A stretch of 64,000 bases of DNA from Acidobacteriota bacterium (GTDB lineage: Bacteria; Acidobacteriota; UBA6911; RPQK01; JAJDTT01), in contig CBDCJH010000002.1 in the NCBI GenBank assembly GCA_965217775.1, forward strand, positions 4,160,001 through 4,224,000. Direction: 5' to 3'. Both the position numbers and the translations under genes were made by a program. Below are positions 8,178 through 17,385 of this stretch, piece by piece (the first letter of the stretch is position 1; every line of letters starts with the position of its first letter). A model generated the notes under the pieces. It searched no databases and had not been told where the DNA came from. It saw only the letters and a list, made by a program, of their open reading frames with translations.

Positions 8178-9875
8178 ATGACCGATTCCGGCCGCATCGT
8201 TCGAATCTCTTGCCTGACGGCCCTGCTGCTGGTCTGTCCGGGAACCCCGGTTTGGAGCGCGGAGCCACCCGTTCTCCTGCACGCGTCGCCTCCCAGCAAG
8301 GCGGTCGTGACTCTCCCCGGGCAGGGGCTCTGCATCCTCTACATGGTCTCCGGCCAACACTGTGCTTCGATCCGGTCCGGTGACGGGGGTGCGACCTGGA
8401 GCAAACCCCGGGTCGAGTTCGAGTTCAGGAAATCCGCCGGGGTTCCCGTAGTGCTTGTGGACCGGCAGGGAGAGCTTCATGCCTTCCTCCTGGTGCGGCG
8501 GGGCAGCGACCGGACGCCGACCGTAGACTACTTCTATGACATCTGGCACGCCGCGACCCGCGACGGCCGGACGCGATGGTCCCAACCCCAACGGATCTTC
8601 GAAGGCTACGTGGGGGCTTTGAACGGAGTCGTGCAGCTCGAGAGCGGGCGGATCATGCTGCCTCATCAGTTCTGGGTCCCGGGACTCCGGTCTGAGCCGC
8701 CGACGGGATCCCACGTGGTCACCACCAGCTACTCCGACGACAGCGGCAGGACTTGGCGGCTCTCGCCTGCCCGCCTCACTGCTCCCTGCCGCAGCGACTA
8801 CATCGGCAGCAATTACGGGGCGACCGAGCCGGTCGCGACCCAGCTTCGGAACGGCCGCGTCTGGATGCTGATCCGGACCCAGACCGGATTCCTCTACGAA
8901 TCGTTCTCCCCGGACGGAGTCGAATGGTCCGAGGCCAGGCCCACCCGCTTTCGCTCCTCCAACTCTCCGGCCAATCTGCTGCGCCTGCCTGACGGACGCC
9001 TGCTGGTGTTCTGGAACAACTGCGAGAATCCGTCCCGCGTGGACGGGGAGCCCGTTTACACCACCCGCGACGCGCTGCACGTGGCCATCTCGGCCGACGA
9101 AGGCCGCAACTGGACGGGGTTCCGGGAGGCCTTCCGGGACCCCAACCGCAACCAGACCCCTCCCCGGCGCGGCGACCGCGGCACCGCCTATCCCTTTTCC
9201 ACGGCGACCCGGGACGGCCAGGTCATTCTGGCCACGGGACAGGGACAGGGCCGGATCGCCCTGGTGCGCATCGACCCGGAATGGATCGGGGCCGCCTCCC
9301 GCGAGGACGACTTCTCCTCGGGGTTGGAGGGTTGGAGCGTCTTCAAACCGTTCGGCCCCGCCGAATACTACTGGCGCGACCGCATCCAGGGGCCGCGGCT
9401 CGTGGACCACCCCACGCTGGAGGGCGCCAAGGCGCTTCAGGTGCGGCGGCCCGACGACCGGAGCGGCGACGAGGCCGTCTGGAATTTCCCGGCCGGAAGG
9501 CGAGGACAGGTCTCTCTCCGAATCCTGCTGCCGGAAGGCTCCGAGCGTGGAGTCATCGCCCTGGCGGATCGCTTCATCCAGCCGACTGATCCGGCGGCCG
9601 CCGGGTTGGAGGTCTTCCGGCTAAGTCTGGCCGCCGACGGACGGATTGAGGATGGTCCGGTCCTGGCCAAGGGTCGCTGGCATACCCTCCGCCTCTCCTG
9701 GGACCTGGACCGCAACCGCTGTTCGGTCGCGGTCGACGGAAAGCCGGCACTGGCGCTTCCCATGCTGAATTACGATAGCGACGACCTGAGCTACTTGAGG
9801 CTACGCTCCAACGCGACGTCGCCGGACCCGTCTGGAATGCTCATCGAGAGTATCGCAACGATGAGGGACAAATGA
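8178..9875 (+). CDS. Exported BNR/Asp-box sialidase-fold protein with C-terminal beta-sandwich
   Basis: SGDGGATW, SDDSGRTW, SADEGRNW Asp boxes; signal peptide. Confidence 0.85.
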   Translation: MTDSGRIVRISCLTALLLVCPGTPVWSAEPPVLLHASPPSKAVVTLPGQGLCILYMVSGQHCASIRSGDGGATWSKPRVEFEFRKSAGVPVVLVDRQGELHAFLLVRRGSDRTPTVDYFYDIWHAATRDGRTRWSQPQRIFEGYVGALNGVVQLESGRIMLPHQFWVPGLRSEPPTGSHVVTTSYSDDSGRTWRLSPARLTAPCRSDYIGSNYGATEPVATQLRNGRVWMLIRTQTGFLYESFSPDGVEWSEARPTRFRSSNSPANLLRLPDGRLLVFWNNCENPSRVDGEPVYTTRDALHVAISADEGRNWTGFREAFRDPNRNQTPPRRGDRGTAYPFSTATRDGQVILATGQGQGRIALVRIDPEWIGAASREDDFSSGLEGWSVFKPFGPAEYYWRDRIQGPRLVDHPTLEGAKALQVRRPDDRSGDEAVWNFPAGRRGQVSLRILLPEGSERGVIALADRFIQPTDPAAAGLEVFRLSLAADGRIEDGPVLAKGRWHTLRLSWDLDRNRCSVAVDGKPALALPMLNYDSDDLSYLRLRSNATSPDPSGMLIESIATMRDK

Positions 9876-11488
9876 AGCTGACTTTTTCAGTGAGGATGAT
9901 TTCGTTGCTCGGTTTGGCGCTGGGCGCCGCTTGCCAATCGGGAGCGCCCACCGGGGACCGATCCGATGGCGTTACCGTGCTGGTGGGGAGCCGGCCAATG
10001 GTGAAGGAAGCCTCGCTCTTCCCTTTCGACAACCATTCGATTCCCTTCACCCGGAACATCGGGTTGAAACTGCACCCGCCGCGCAAGTATCCCGGCAATC
10101 CGGTCCTGCCCAGGGGGCCGGCGGGGGCGCCCGATGAGTTCGGGGTCCAGTTCTACGGCTCCGTGGTCCGACACGAGGGAAAGTTCAAGCTCTGGTACGT
10201 GGCCATCGGCCGAGACCCCTTCACGGTGGTGGAGAAGGACCTGATGTGGACCCCCCGGGTGGACATCGTCCCGTTGAAATGGCGCCCCGCCTATGCCGAG
10301 AGCGCCGACGGCATCCATTGGACGCGGCCCGCCCTGAGTCTGGCGGAGTACGACGGCAGCCGGGACAACAATCTGGTGCTGATGGAGCCGGCGCCGCTGG
10401 GAGCCATCAACCTGAAGGTGATCCACGACCCGGAAGATCCGGACCCCTCCCGGCAGTTCAAGATGTCCATCCACACCTGGTGGCACGAGGACGGGAAGAA
10501 GGGGTTGGGGACTCTGGCGCCTGCGGTGAGCGGCGACGGCCTGCGCTGGCGGCTGGCCATTCCCGGGATTCCGCATAACGGCCTCCTGCCCAAGGCGAGC
10601 ACGGTCATCCCAACGGACCACTTCGAATCCGCCGGGGGTCTCTACAAGTGGGGCGGTCTGTACCACGCCTCGGGCCAGGGAGCCCGGCCGGTCTACGCGG
10701 TCGACTCCTGGGGCCGATCCGTCGGCACCTACCGCTCCCCCGACTTCGTCCACTGGGACCACACCGGGACTCTCTCTTTCTCCCGGGAGGGGCAACACAA
10801 GAAGGTCCCCAGCGGGTCGGGAGAAGAGTCTCACGAAGGAATCAGCGTCTGGAACCGGGACAACGTTTTGCTGGGACTCTACGGAATCTGGCACGGGTCG
10901 CCCCACTGGCGGGGGCGGACGGTGGACCTGGGTTTGGTCGTCAGCAACGACGGCATCCATTTCCGGGAGCCCCTCACCGACTTCGTCTTCATCCGCCGGG
11001 GAGAGGACCACGAATGGGACCAAGGTGGCCTGATCCAGGGTCAGGGCTTCGAGAACGTGGGGGACGAGACCTACATCTGGTACGGAACCTGGGACCCGGG
11101 GTCGCTGGAGCCCCGGGGCGGCGTGGGTCTGGCCACGCTGGAACGGGACCGGTTGGGCTCCTTTTCGGTCCGCGACGACTCGATTCCTGCAGCCTTCATG
11201 ACGGCAGCCATTCAAGCCCGTGGAGAAGCAAAGTTGTGGGTCAACGCCGAGGGAGTCTCCGAAGACGCCACGCTTCGGCTGGAGCTCTATGACGCGTTGG
11301 AGCGGCCGCTGGCCGGCTATTCGGGCGACGAGGCCGCCGTGCTGAACGAATCGGGTCTACGGGTCCCGGTATTCTGGCCGGGATCGAACGGGACCCCGCG
11401 AGTGGAGAAACCTTTCAAGATCAAGGTGAACTTCGAAGGAGCGGAGGCGGCAGGCATCCGCGTCTACGCCCTCTACGTCGGGACCTGA
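9872..11488 (+). CDS. Beta-propeller GH-like lipoprotein (member 3, divergent)
   Basis: Lipobox-like GAAC; KYPGNPVL, YAESADGIHW, SNDGIHF, LERDRLGS; ATGA overlap. Confidence 0.75.
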   Translation: MKLTFSVRMISLLGLALGAACQSGAPTGDRSDGVTVLVGSRPMVKEASLFPFDNHSIPFTRNIGLKLHPPRKYPGNPVLPRGPAGAPDEFGVQFYGSVVRHEGKFKLWYVAIGRDPFTVVEKDLMWTPRVDIVPLKWRPAYAESADGIHWTRPALSLAEYDGSRDNNLVLMEPAPLGAINLKVIHDPEDPDPSRQFKMSIHTWWHEDGKKGLGTLAPAVSGDGLRWRLAIPGIPHNGLLPKASTVIPTDHFESAGGLYKWGGLYHASGQGARPVYAVDSWGRSVGTYRSPDFVHWDHTGTLSFSREGQHKKVPSGSGEESHEGISVWNRDNVLLGLYGIWHGSPHWRGRTVDLGLVVSNDGIHFREPLTDFVFIRRGEDHEWDQGGLIQGQGFENVGDETYIWYGTWDPGSLEPRGGVGLATLERDRLGSFSVRDDSIPAAFMTAAIQARGEAKLWVNAEGVSEDATLRLELYDALERPLAGYSGDEAAVLNESGLRVPVFWPGSNGTPRVEKPFKIKVNFEGAEAAGIRVYALYVGT

Positions 11489-11509
11489 CGCGCGGCGGGT
11501 GGGGATGGA

Positions 11510-11703
11510 TTCAGGCTGGGGCGGACAGGACTTCTCCAGGCCGTATTTCCTCCACGACACGGTTCCCACCGGGGGATTCCGCACATTGTCGTTCACGCCG
11601 ACGAAACGTCCTCCCGGCCGTAGCGCGTCGTGGCAGACCTGGCAGAATCGGCGGAGTTGCTCCAGAGTGCTGGCGTAGTTCAGGAGGTACATGGCGACGG
11701 CAG
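11510..11703 (-). pseudogene. Class I SAM-dependent methyltransferase fragment
   Basis: AVAMYLLNYA...LRPGGRFVGVNDN; no N-terminal SAM-binding motif and no normal C-terminus. Confidence 0.6.
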
Positions 11704-11734
11704 GTCTTGCCACCTGCCTGGAGGCGAGGGACGG

Positions 11735-12535
11735 CTAGTCCGGAACCACCATGTGATAGAGGAGCGGCTGCACGTCTTCCGGAAGGCGCCGGTAGACCGA
11801 TTCCGGCAGGGGTTGGACTTTGGGATCGGTATGGTCGCCTCCCCCTTGATCTTCGATGATCTGTTTGCGGTCGCGGCTGCCGGGACGCAACGGGCCCAGA
11901 TTGACCCACCAGGGAGCGTAGCGTACGAGGACGCCGACCCGCTCCTCGTCGGTCACGTTGGGCGCGATGCTGTGCCAGGTCCGGGCATCGAAGACGGCCA
12001 CGTCGCCGGGGTCTCCCTCGATCTGGGTCTCCCCCTCGAACACCGAGTTCGGATCCAGGTCGGTCCCTTTCCTGGGAGCCCGGTTTCGCAGGTGGCTGCC
12101 CGGTATCACCATGGTGCCACCATTGGCCGGAGTGAACCTCGACAGCATCCACATGGTCACCAGATTCAACACCACGTCGGGATAGGGGGCCCGGACGCAG
12201 GAGAGCTGGTCCTGGTTGTAGGGCCAGTCCGCGTGGACGGTTCCCCGCTGGAGTCCGGGGCCGTTGATGGTCCCGGTGAGCATGGAGATGCGGGCGTTGT
12301 GACCGAAGAGCTTGCCCACGATCGCCATGATCCGAGGATGGTTCAGGTAGGGGGCGATGGCCTGGTTCAAACGCAGGAAACCGGTGACGTATCCCTGGGG
12401 CAGCGGCAGGCTGGTGTGCTTGCGAACCGTATCGGCAACGCTTCGCCGCACCGCGCCCACCAAGTCGGCCGGGATGACCGATCTCAAAATCACATAACCG
12501 TCGCGGCGGAGCACCGCCATTGGATCTTCATGCAT
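11735..12535 (-). CDS. Phytanoyl-CoA dioxygenase (PhyH)-family Fe/2OG dioxygenase
   Basis: RRDGYVIL, HADWP (HxD), NGGTMVIPGSH, FDARTWH. Confidence 0.9.
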   Translation of the reverse strand: MHEDPMAVLRRDGYVILRSVIPADLVGAVRRSVADTVRKHTSLPLPQGYVTGFLRLNQAIAPYLNHPRIMAIVGKLFGHNARISMLTGTINGPGLQRGTVHADWPYNQDQLSCVRAPYPDVVLNLVTMWMLSRFTPANGGTMVIPGSHLRNRAPRKGTDLDPNSVFEGETQIEGDPGDVAVFDARTWHSIAPNVTDEERVGVLVRYAPWWVNLGPLRPGSRDRKQIIEDQGGGDHTDPKVQPLPESVYRRLPEDVQPLLYHMVVPD

Positions 12536-12745
12536 GGCTGAACCTCTTCCAGAAGTCTCACACGTCCGGCCGGTGTTCTCAAGGGGACGGGAATGCGCCG
12601 TCCGCGACCTGCGTGCCTGTTCCCGGTCGCCCGATTTCCGGTCCCCACATATGACAAGGAGGACCCGACACTGTAGAGTTTTCTCAGTTCACGAGGTTGC
12701 ATTGTCTGCCCCGCCATACCTGACGTAACCATGGGAGAAACCAGG

Positions 12746-14338
12746 ATGTCCATCCGCAACGCCATCCGCCGCCTCCAGTCGTTGACCCTGCTCCTTTCCG
12801 CCTTCGCGACGGGGGTACAGGCCAACACCGTCGACGTGGGGTCGCAGAAGCAGCTCTTCTTCGACGACCATGTGATCGAATCCATGCAGGGCGTCTACCG
12901 AATCATGAACCAGCCCCTCAAATACGCGGGAAATCCGGTGATCCGGATGGACCGGTGCTGGGAGGCGGACATGCACTTCGGGAACTCTCCCAACCTGGCC
13001 TACGATCCGGATCGAGGCGTCTACCAGATGTGGCACCAGGTGGTGAACTACAACTGGTCGGAGAACTTGGTCGGCTACTACGAATCCCGTGACGGGCTCC
13101 ACTGGGACAAGCCCCTGGTGGGGCAGTTCGACTACCACTCCCCCTGGTGCCCGGGAGAACCCTCCCGGAACCACAATTTCGTCTTCGGGAAGGGCGTGGG
13201 CGCCCGCGCGCCGGGTGTCGCCCGCGACCCGCACGAGTCCGATCCCCGCAAGCGCTACAAGATGCTCTACCGCCACAACAGCAAGGACCCGAAGGTGAAC
13301 GGAGTCTGGGCGGCCCATTCGCCCGACGGCATCCGGTGGTTACTCTATGACGGGATCAATCCGGTCTTCCTGAACAACGACACGCATCAGGCCTTCTTCT
13401 GGGACCCTCGGCGCGAACTCTACGTGGCGCATATCCGTCTCTGGCCCCCCATCTTCAAGGACCACCCGCTGTTTCAGGGGACCCGGCGGGAAGGCCGGGT
13501 GAGAACCGTGGGGATCGCGACCAGTCCCGATTTTCTGAACTGGGACGCCCCCACGGAGATGAAGGCTCCGGTCGAGGTGAACCGGAAGTACATCCTGGTC
13601 CCGCCGGACGAGAAGGACGCCCCCTGCACCGGCGGCTTCTATACCTTCGAGACCCTCCTCTACGAAGGGATCTACATCGGGTTCCTGACCCCCTACCACA
13701 TCTGTCCGGGGATGGAGCCCATGACGCCTCCCAGCCGGGATCTGGCGCGAAACCCCTGGTTGGACCGAATCGACATCCAGTTGGCCTTCAGCCGCGACGG
13801 TACGAACTGGCAACGGGTGGGGCAGCGGAGGCCCTTCATTCCCAACGGCCCGGAAGGCAGCTACGACTCGGGGATGATCTTCGTGGCCCAGCCGCCTCTG
13901 GTCCGGGAGGACCGGGGCGAGATCTGGCTCTACTACACCGGGTTCAAAAAGGGGCACTGGGGCGTGAACCGGGGCGAGAACCAGGAGAGTTCCCAGAATC
14001 TGGCCGTCCTGCGCCTGGACGGCTTCGTCTCGCTGGCGGCGGGGCGGGGCAGCTTCACCACCAAGCCCCTGAGATTCTCGGGGAACCGGCTGAAACTGAA
14101 CGGCTCGACCGCGGGAGACGAGGGGAGCATCCAGGTGGAAATCCTGGATCCTGAGACCGGCGAACCCTTGCCCGGTTACTCGCGGAAGGATTGCCAAGCC
14201 TTCCGGGGAGACTCGATCGCACACACGATGAGTTGGGGGAACCAAGCCGGCTTGACGTCCCTGGCCGGACGCACGGTCCAGCTCAGATTCCACATGCAGC
14301 GCAGCAAGGTCTTCTCTTTTCAGTTCTCTTCGGAATGA
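12746..14338 (+). CDS. Exported beta-propeller GH-like protein (member 4, Cys-rich subgroup)
   Basis: Close paralogue of 1236-2861 (NQPLKYAGNPV, NNDTHQ, PCTxGFYT, YHxCPGMEP); GGAG RBS. Confidence 0.8.
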   Translation: MSIRNAIRRLQSLTLLLSAFATGVQANTVDVGSQKQLFFDDHVIESMQGVYRIMNQPLKYAGNPVIRMDRCWEADMHFGNSPNLAYDPDRGVYQMWHQVVNYNWSENLVGYYESRDGLHWDKPLVGQFDYHSPWCPGEPSRNHNFVFGKGVGARAPGVARDPHESDPRKRYKMLYRHNSKDPKVNGVWAAHSPDGIRWLLYDGINPVFLNNDTHQAFFWDPRRELYVAHIRLWPPIFKDHPLFQGTRREGRVRTVGIATSPDFLNWDAPTEMKAPVEVNRKYILVPPDEKDAPCTGGFYTFETLLYEGIYIGFLTPYHICPGMEPMTPPSRDLARNPWLDRIDIQLAFSRDGTNWQRVGQRRPFIPNGPEGSYDSGMIFVAQPPLVREDRGEIWLYYTGFKKGHWGVNRGENQESSQNLAVLRLDGFVSLAAGRGSFTTKPLRFSGNRLKLNGSTAGDEGSIQVEILDPETGEPLPGYSRKDCQAFRGDSIAHTMSWGNQAGLTSLAGRTVQLRFHMQRSKVFSFQFSSE

Positions 14339-14396
14339 GAAACGGCGGGTGCCCCGCCATGATTTATCCGCGGACTGCTATATTGTCCCCATAGAG

Positions 14397-16010
14397 ATGC
14401 TCACCCTTCGAACCTCGCTGGCTGCCGGCTGGATCTTGTTGACTTCTGCCTCGACGCTCGCCGTGGGCCCGCTACAGAGCGACAAAGAGCGCCGCGAGAA
14501 GATGCTCCAAGAGGAGCAGCAAGACTACTACCGGAAATGGCTCAAGGAAGACGTGGTCTACATCATCACCCGGGAGGAACGGGAGATCTTCGAGAGTCTG
14601 ACTGCCGACGAAGAACGGGACGCCTTCATCGAACAGTTCTGGAGGCGGAGGGACCCGGATCCCAAGACCACTTACAACGAGTTCAAGGAAGAACACTACC
14701 GCCGCATCGCCTACACCAATGAACGCTACGCTTCCGGCGTGGAGGGCTGGTACACGGACCGGGGCCGCATCTACATCACCTACGGCCCTCCCAACACCAT
14801 CGACGACCACATGGGGGGCATGTATCGCCGCCGGCCCGAAGAGGGTGGGGGTTGGACCAGCACCTATGCCTTCCAGCGCTGGTTCTACAACTACATTCCG
14901 GGCGTGGGATCGGGGATCGAGATCGAGTTCGTGGACGCCAGCAAGACGGGGGAATACAAGCTGGCTCTGAGGCCCTCCGAGAAGGACGCCCTCTGGGTGA
15001 GCGGAGGCGGGCCGACCCGTTGGGAACAGATGGGCCTGGCGACCCGCGACGGAAGCATGGTTTCCGACCTGGCCATGCGGCGCCTGGGTCTGGAAACCGA
15101 GCCCATGTACATGAGGGGAGCCAAGCCTTTCGACCGTCTGCGGCAATATTTCGACCTTCGCCGGCCTCCCGAGTTCAAGTTCGAAAAGCTGGCGACCGAA
15201 GTGGAGACCCGGATTCTGTACAATCCGATCCCCCTGAAGGTGGCGTCCGCCGTCTACCGGGTGGGGCAGAACGCCTTCCTGATTCCGCTGACGGTCCGGA
15301 TCCCGGCGACCGAGCTGTCGTACGCGAAGTTCGGAGAATCGAACCAACGGGCCACGGTCGAGATCTACGGCAAGGTCGAGGACCTGTCCGGGAAGGTCGT
15401 CTACGAGTTCGAGGACACGCTGGCGGGAGACAAGGGAGTCGACGAGATTCTGAGTACGGCGACCCATTTCCTATACCAGAAACAGATTCCACTCCGGCCG
15501 GGACGCTTCAAGTTCAGTCTGGTGGCCAAGGACACGCGCAGCCAGCGTGTGTCCCAGGCAGCGACTTCCATTCACGTCAGCGAGTCGAAGGCCGGGAACC
15601 TGGCGACCAGCAGCCTCATCCTGGCGGACGGGTTCGCCTCCTCCGCACGCGAGGAGACACTCTCCGACCCCTTCAACACGCCCAGCGGCCTGAAGGTCTT
15701 TCCCAACATCACCCGCGAGTTCCGAACCGGATCGAAGTTGCACGTCTACACCGAGATCTACGAACTCCAGGTGGACCAGGCCGCGCTGGCGCCGCTGGTC
15801 CGGGCCAAGCTCCGGCTCTTCCACGGCCGGGACGAGATCCTGGTGCAGGAGCCCAGGATGATCCAACTGGACGATCGGGTCGTGCTGATTCAGGAGGTGG
15901 AGCTCAAGGATCTGCGTCCCGGCTCCTACCGGATCATGCTGCAGGTGCAGGACCAGGTCTCGGGCCAGTCGCTGGTGGAGCCGGCGAGCTTCGAGATCCG
16001 GCCGAGTTGA
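14397..16010 (+). CDS. GWxTD domain-containing protein
   Basis: KWLKEDVVYII, FWRRRDP, GWYTDRGRIYITYGPP. Confidence 0.92.
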   Translation: MLTLRTSLAAGWILLTSASTLAVGPLQSDKERREKMLQEEQQDYYRKWLKEDVVYIITREEREIFESLTADEERDAFIEQFWRRRDPDPKTTYNEFKEEHYRRIAYTNERYASGVEGWYTDRGRIYITYGPPNTIDDHMGGMYRRRPEEGGGWTSTYAFQRWFYNYIPGVGSGIEIEFVDASKTGEYKLALRPSEKDALWVSGGGPTRWEQMGLATRDGSMVSDLAMRRLGLETEPMYMRGAKPFDRLRQYFDLRRPPEFKFEKLATEVETRILYNPIPLKVASAVYRVGQNAFLIPLTVRIPATELSYAKFGESNQRATVEIYGKVEDLSGKVVYEFEDTLAGDKGVDEILSTATHFLYQKQIPLRPGRFKFSLVAKDTRSQRVSQAATSIHVSESKAGNLATSSLILADGFASSAREETLSDPFNTPSGLKVFPNITREFRTGSKLHVYTEIYELQVDQAALAPLVRAKLRLFHGRDEILVQEPRMIQLDDRVVLIQEVELKDLRPGSYRIMLQVQDQVSGQSLVEPASFEIRPS

Positions 16011-16014
16011 TCCG

Positions 16015-16151
16015 GGAGCGGCGGCTTTCTTGCCGCCGACCAGGGGGGCAGGGGGGACGGAGTCCCCACTCTACACTCTCCGGCCGCCGGACTCCGAGAC
16101 CAACACAGAAGAATGGGGGATGGGGAATGGGGGACAAGACTGTCCCCCTCC
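16015..16151. repeat. GGAG-ended palindromic REP-like element between convergent genes
   Basis: GGAGCGGCGGCTTTCTTGCCGCC...GGGGACAAGACTGTCCCCCTCC; reverse-complement homologue at 22851-22952. Confidence 0.7.
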
Positions 16152-16168
16152 ATGTCCTCCCTCCCAGG

Positions 16169-17092
16169 TCAATTCGCCTTCAGCCGGTTGAAGGCCTCCA
16201 TCGCCCGCGCCGCCTTCTCCATCTCATCCCGCTCCTGATAGATCTGCGCCAGGAGGTAGTGCGGCTCGGCCAGGTCCGGGGCCAGCTCCACGCACTTCAA
16301 GGCTGAAGAGACGGCTTTCTCCAGCCGTCCCAGCTCCCGGTAGGTCTTGGCCAGGAGCAGGTGCAGGTGGCTGGGAGGAAGAGCGGTCAGCGTGACGTAG
16401 AGCCGGCGGCTCTTGGCCACCGCCACCGCCCGCCGGTCGCGGCTGTAGAAACCCGTTTCGGCGATTTTCAGGTGTTCCAACGCTTCCTCGGCCTGTCCCT
16501 GTTTCAGCAGCATTTCCGCCAACTCAAGCCTGGCCACGACGTTCTTGGGATAGAGTTCGATCTCGGTACGGAGCTCTTGAATCGTCTCCGTGGGGGCTCC
16601 GTTGTTTCGATGGACCCGGGCCATGTGGTAGTGCAGGGCGGGAAAACTGTAGTCGCTTTCGGCGATGGAATTGAACTCTTCCAGGGCTTGTCCGAGACGG
16701 TTGAGCTCGTGATAGGTCCGGCCCAGATAGAAGCGGGTCATCAGGTTCGTCCCATCCATCTCGACGGCCCGCTTCAACAGGGGCAGGGCTTCTTCCTGCC
16801 CCTGTTGCTGGAGCAGGATCACGGCCAGGTCGAAGTGGTGACCCGGCTGGTCCGGCCCCAGCTCGACGGACCGTCTCAGGCTCGCTTCGGCCTCCGGCAA
16901 CTGTCTCAACTGGGCGAAGATCAGCCCCTGGAGATGATGGCCGGCGGCGTTGTCGGGGTCGTCCGCCAGGAGTTCGTGGGTGATGGCCAGAGCTTCTGGG
17001 TAGTTCCGCTGCTGAAAGGCTCGGACCGCTTCGTCGTAGCTCTGGCCCCAGAGCGTCAGGAAGCCGAGGCCCCAGACGAGTGTCGCAAGCAT
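16169..17092 (-). CDS. Exported TPR protein
   Basis: Repeated TPR patterns (A..A...L...P....HY.LA); short signal peptide. Confidence 0.85.
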   Translation of the reverse strand: MLATLVWGLGFLTLWGQSYDEAVRAFQQRNYPEALAITHELLADDPDNAAGHHLQGLIFAQLRQLPEAEASLRRSVELGPDQPGHHFDLAVILLQQQGQEEALPLLKRAVEMDGTNLMTRFYLGRTYHELNRLGQALEEFNSIAESDYSFPALHYHMARVHRNNGAPTETIQELRTEIELYPKNVVARLELAEMLLKQGQAEEALEHLKIAETGFYSRDRRAVAVAKSRRLYVTLTALPPSHLHLLLAKTYRELGRLEKAVSSALKCVELAPDLAEPHYLLAQIYQERDEMEKAARAMEAFNRLKAN

Positions 17093-17223
17093 CCGTTTCG
17101 AGTTCTTGTGAAGCTGCCGTGCGGGACGCCTGGGATCTGAAGCTGGCACCAGCCGAATGGTACAATCCACGCAAACCCCCAACAAGGCCGGCCCGGAGAG
17201 GCCGAACAGCCGGGAACCGCTGG

Positions 17224-17382
17224 GAGCCTGCGCGGCAGAAATTGATCTACTGCGAAAGCGGTAGAATCGGTCCATATTTCCCCGATTTCTCGGCGAATAG
17301 AACGACTATGCACCTCAAAATCGAGAAAATCTGGCCTCGATTCCCCGCTTTCTCGCTACGATCATTCCTGCCGCGCAGACTC
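17224..17382 (+). mobile_element. MITE family B, copy 1 (159 bp)
   Basis: TIRs GAGCCTGCGCGGCAG / CTGCCGCGCAGACTC; flanks CTGG/CTCG (degenerate CTAG); inverted homologue at 62156-62314. Confidence 0.85.
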
Positions 17383-17385
17383 CTC

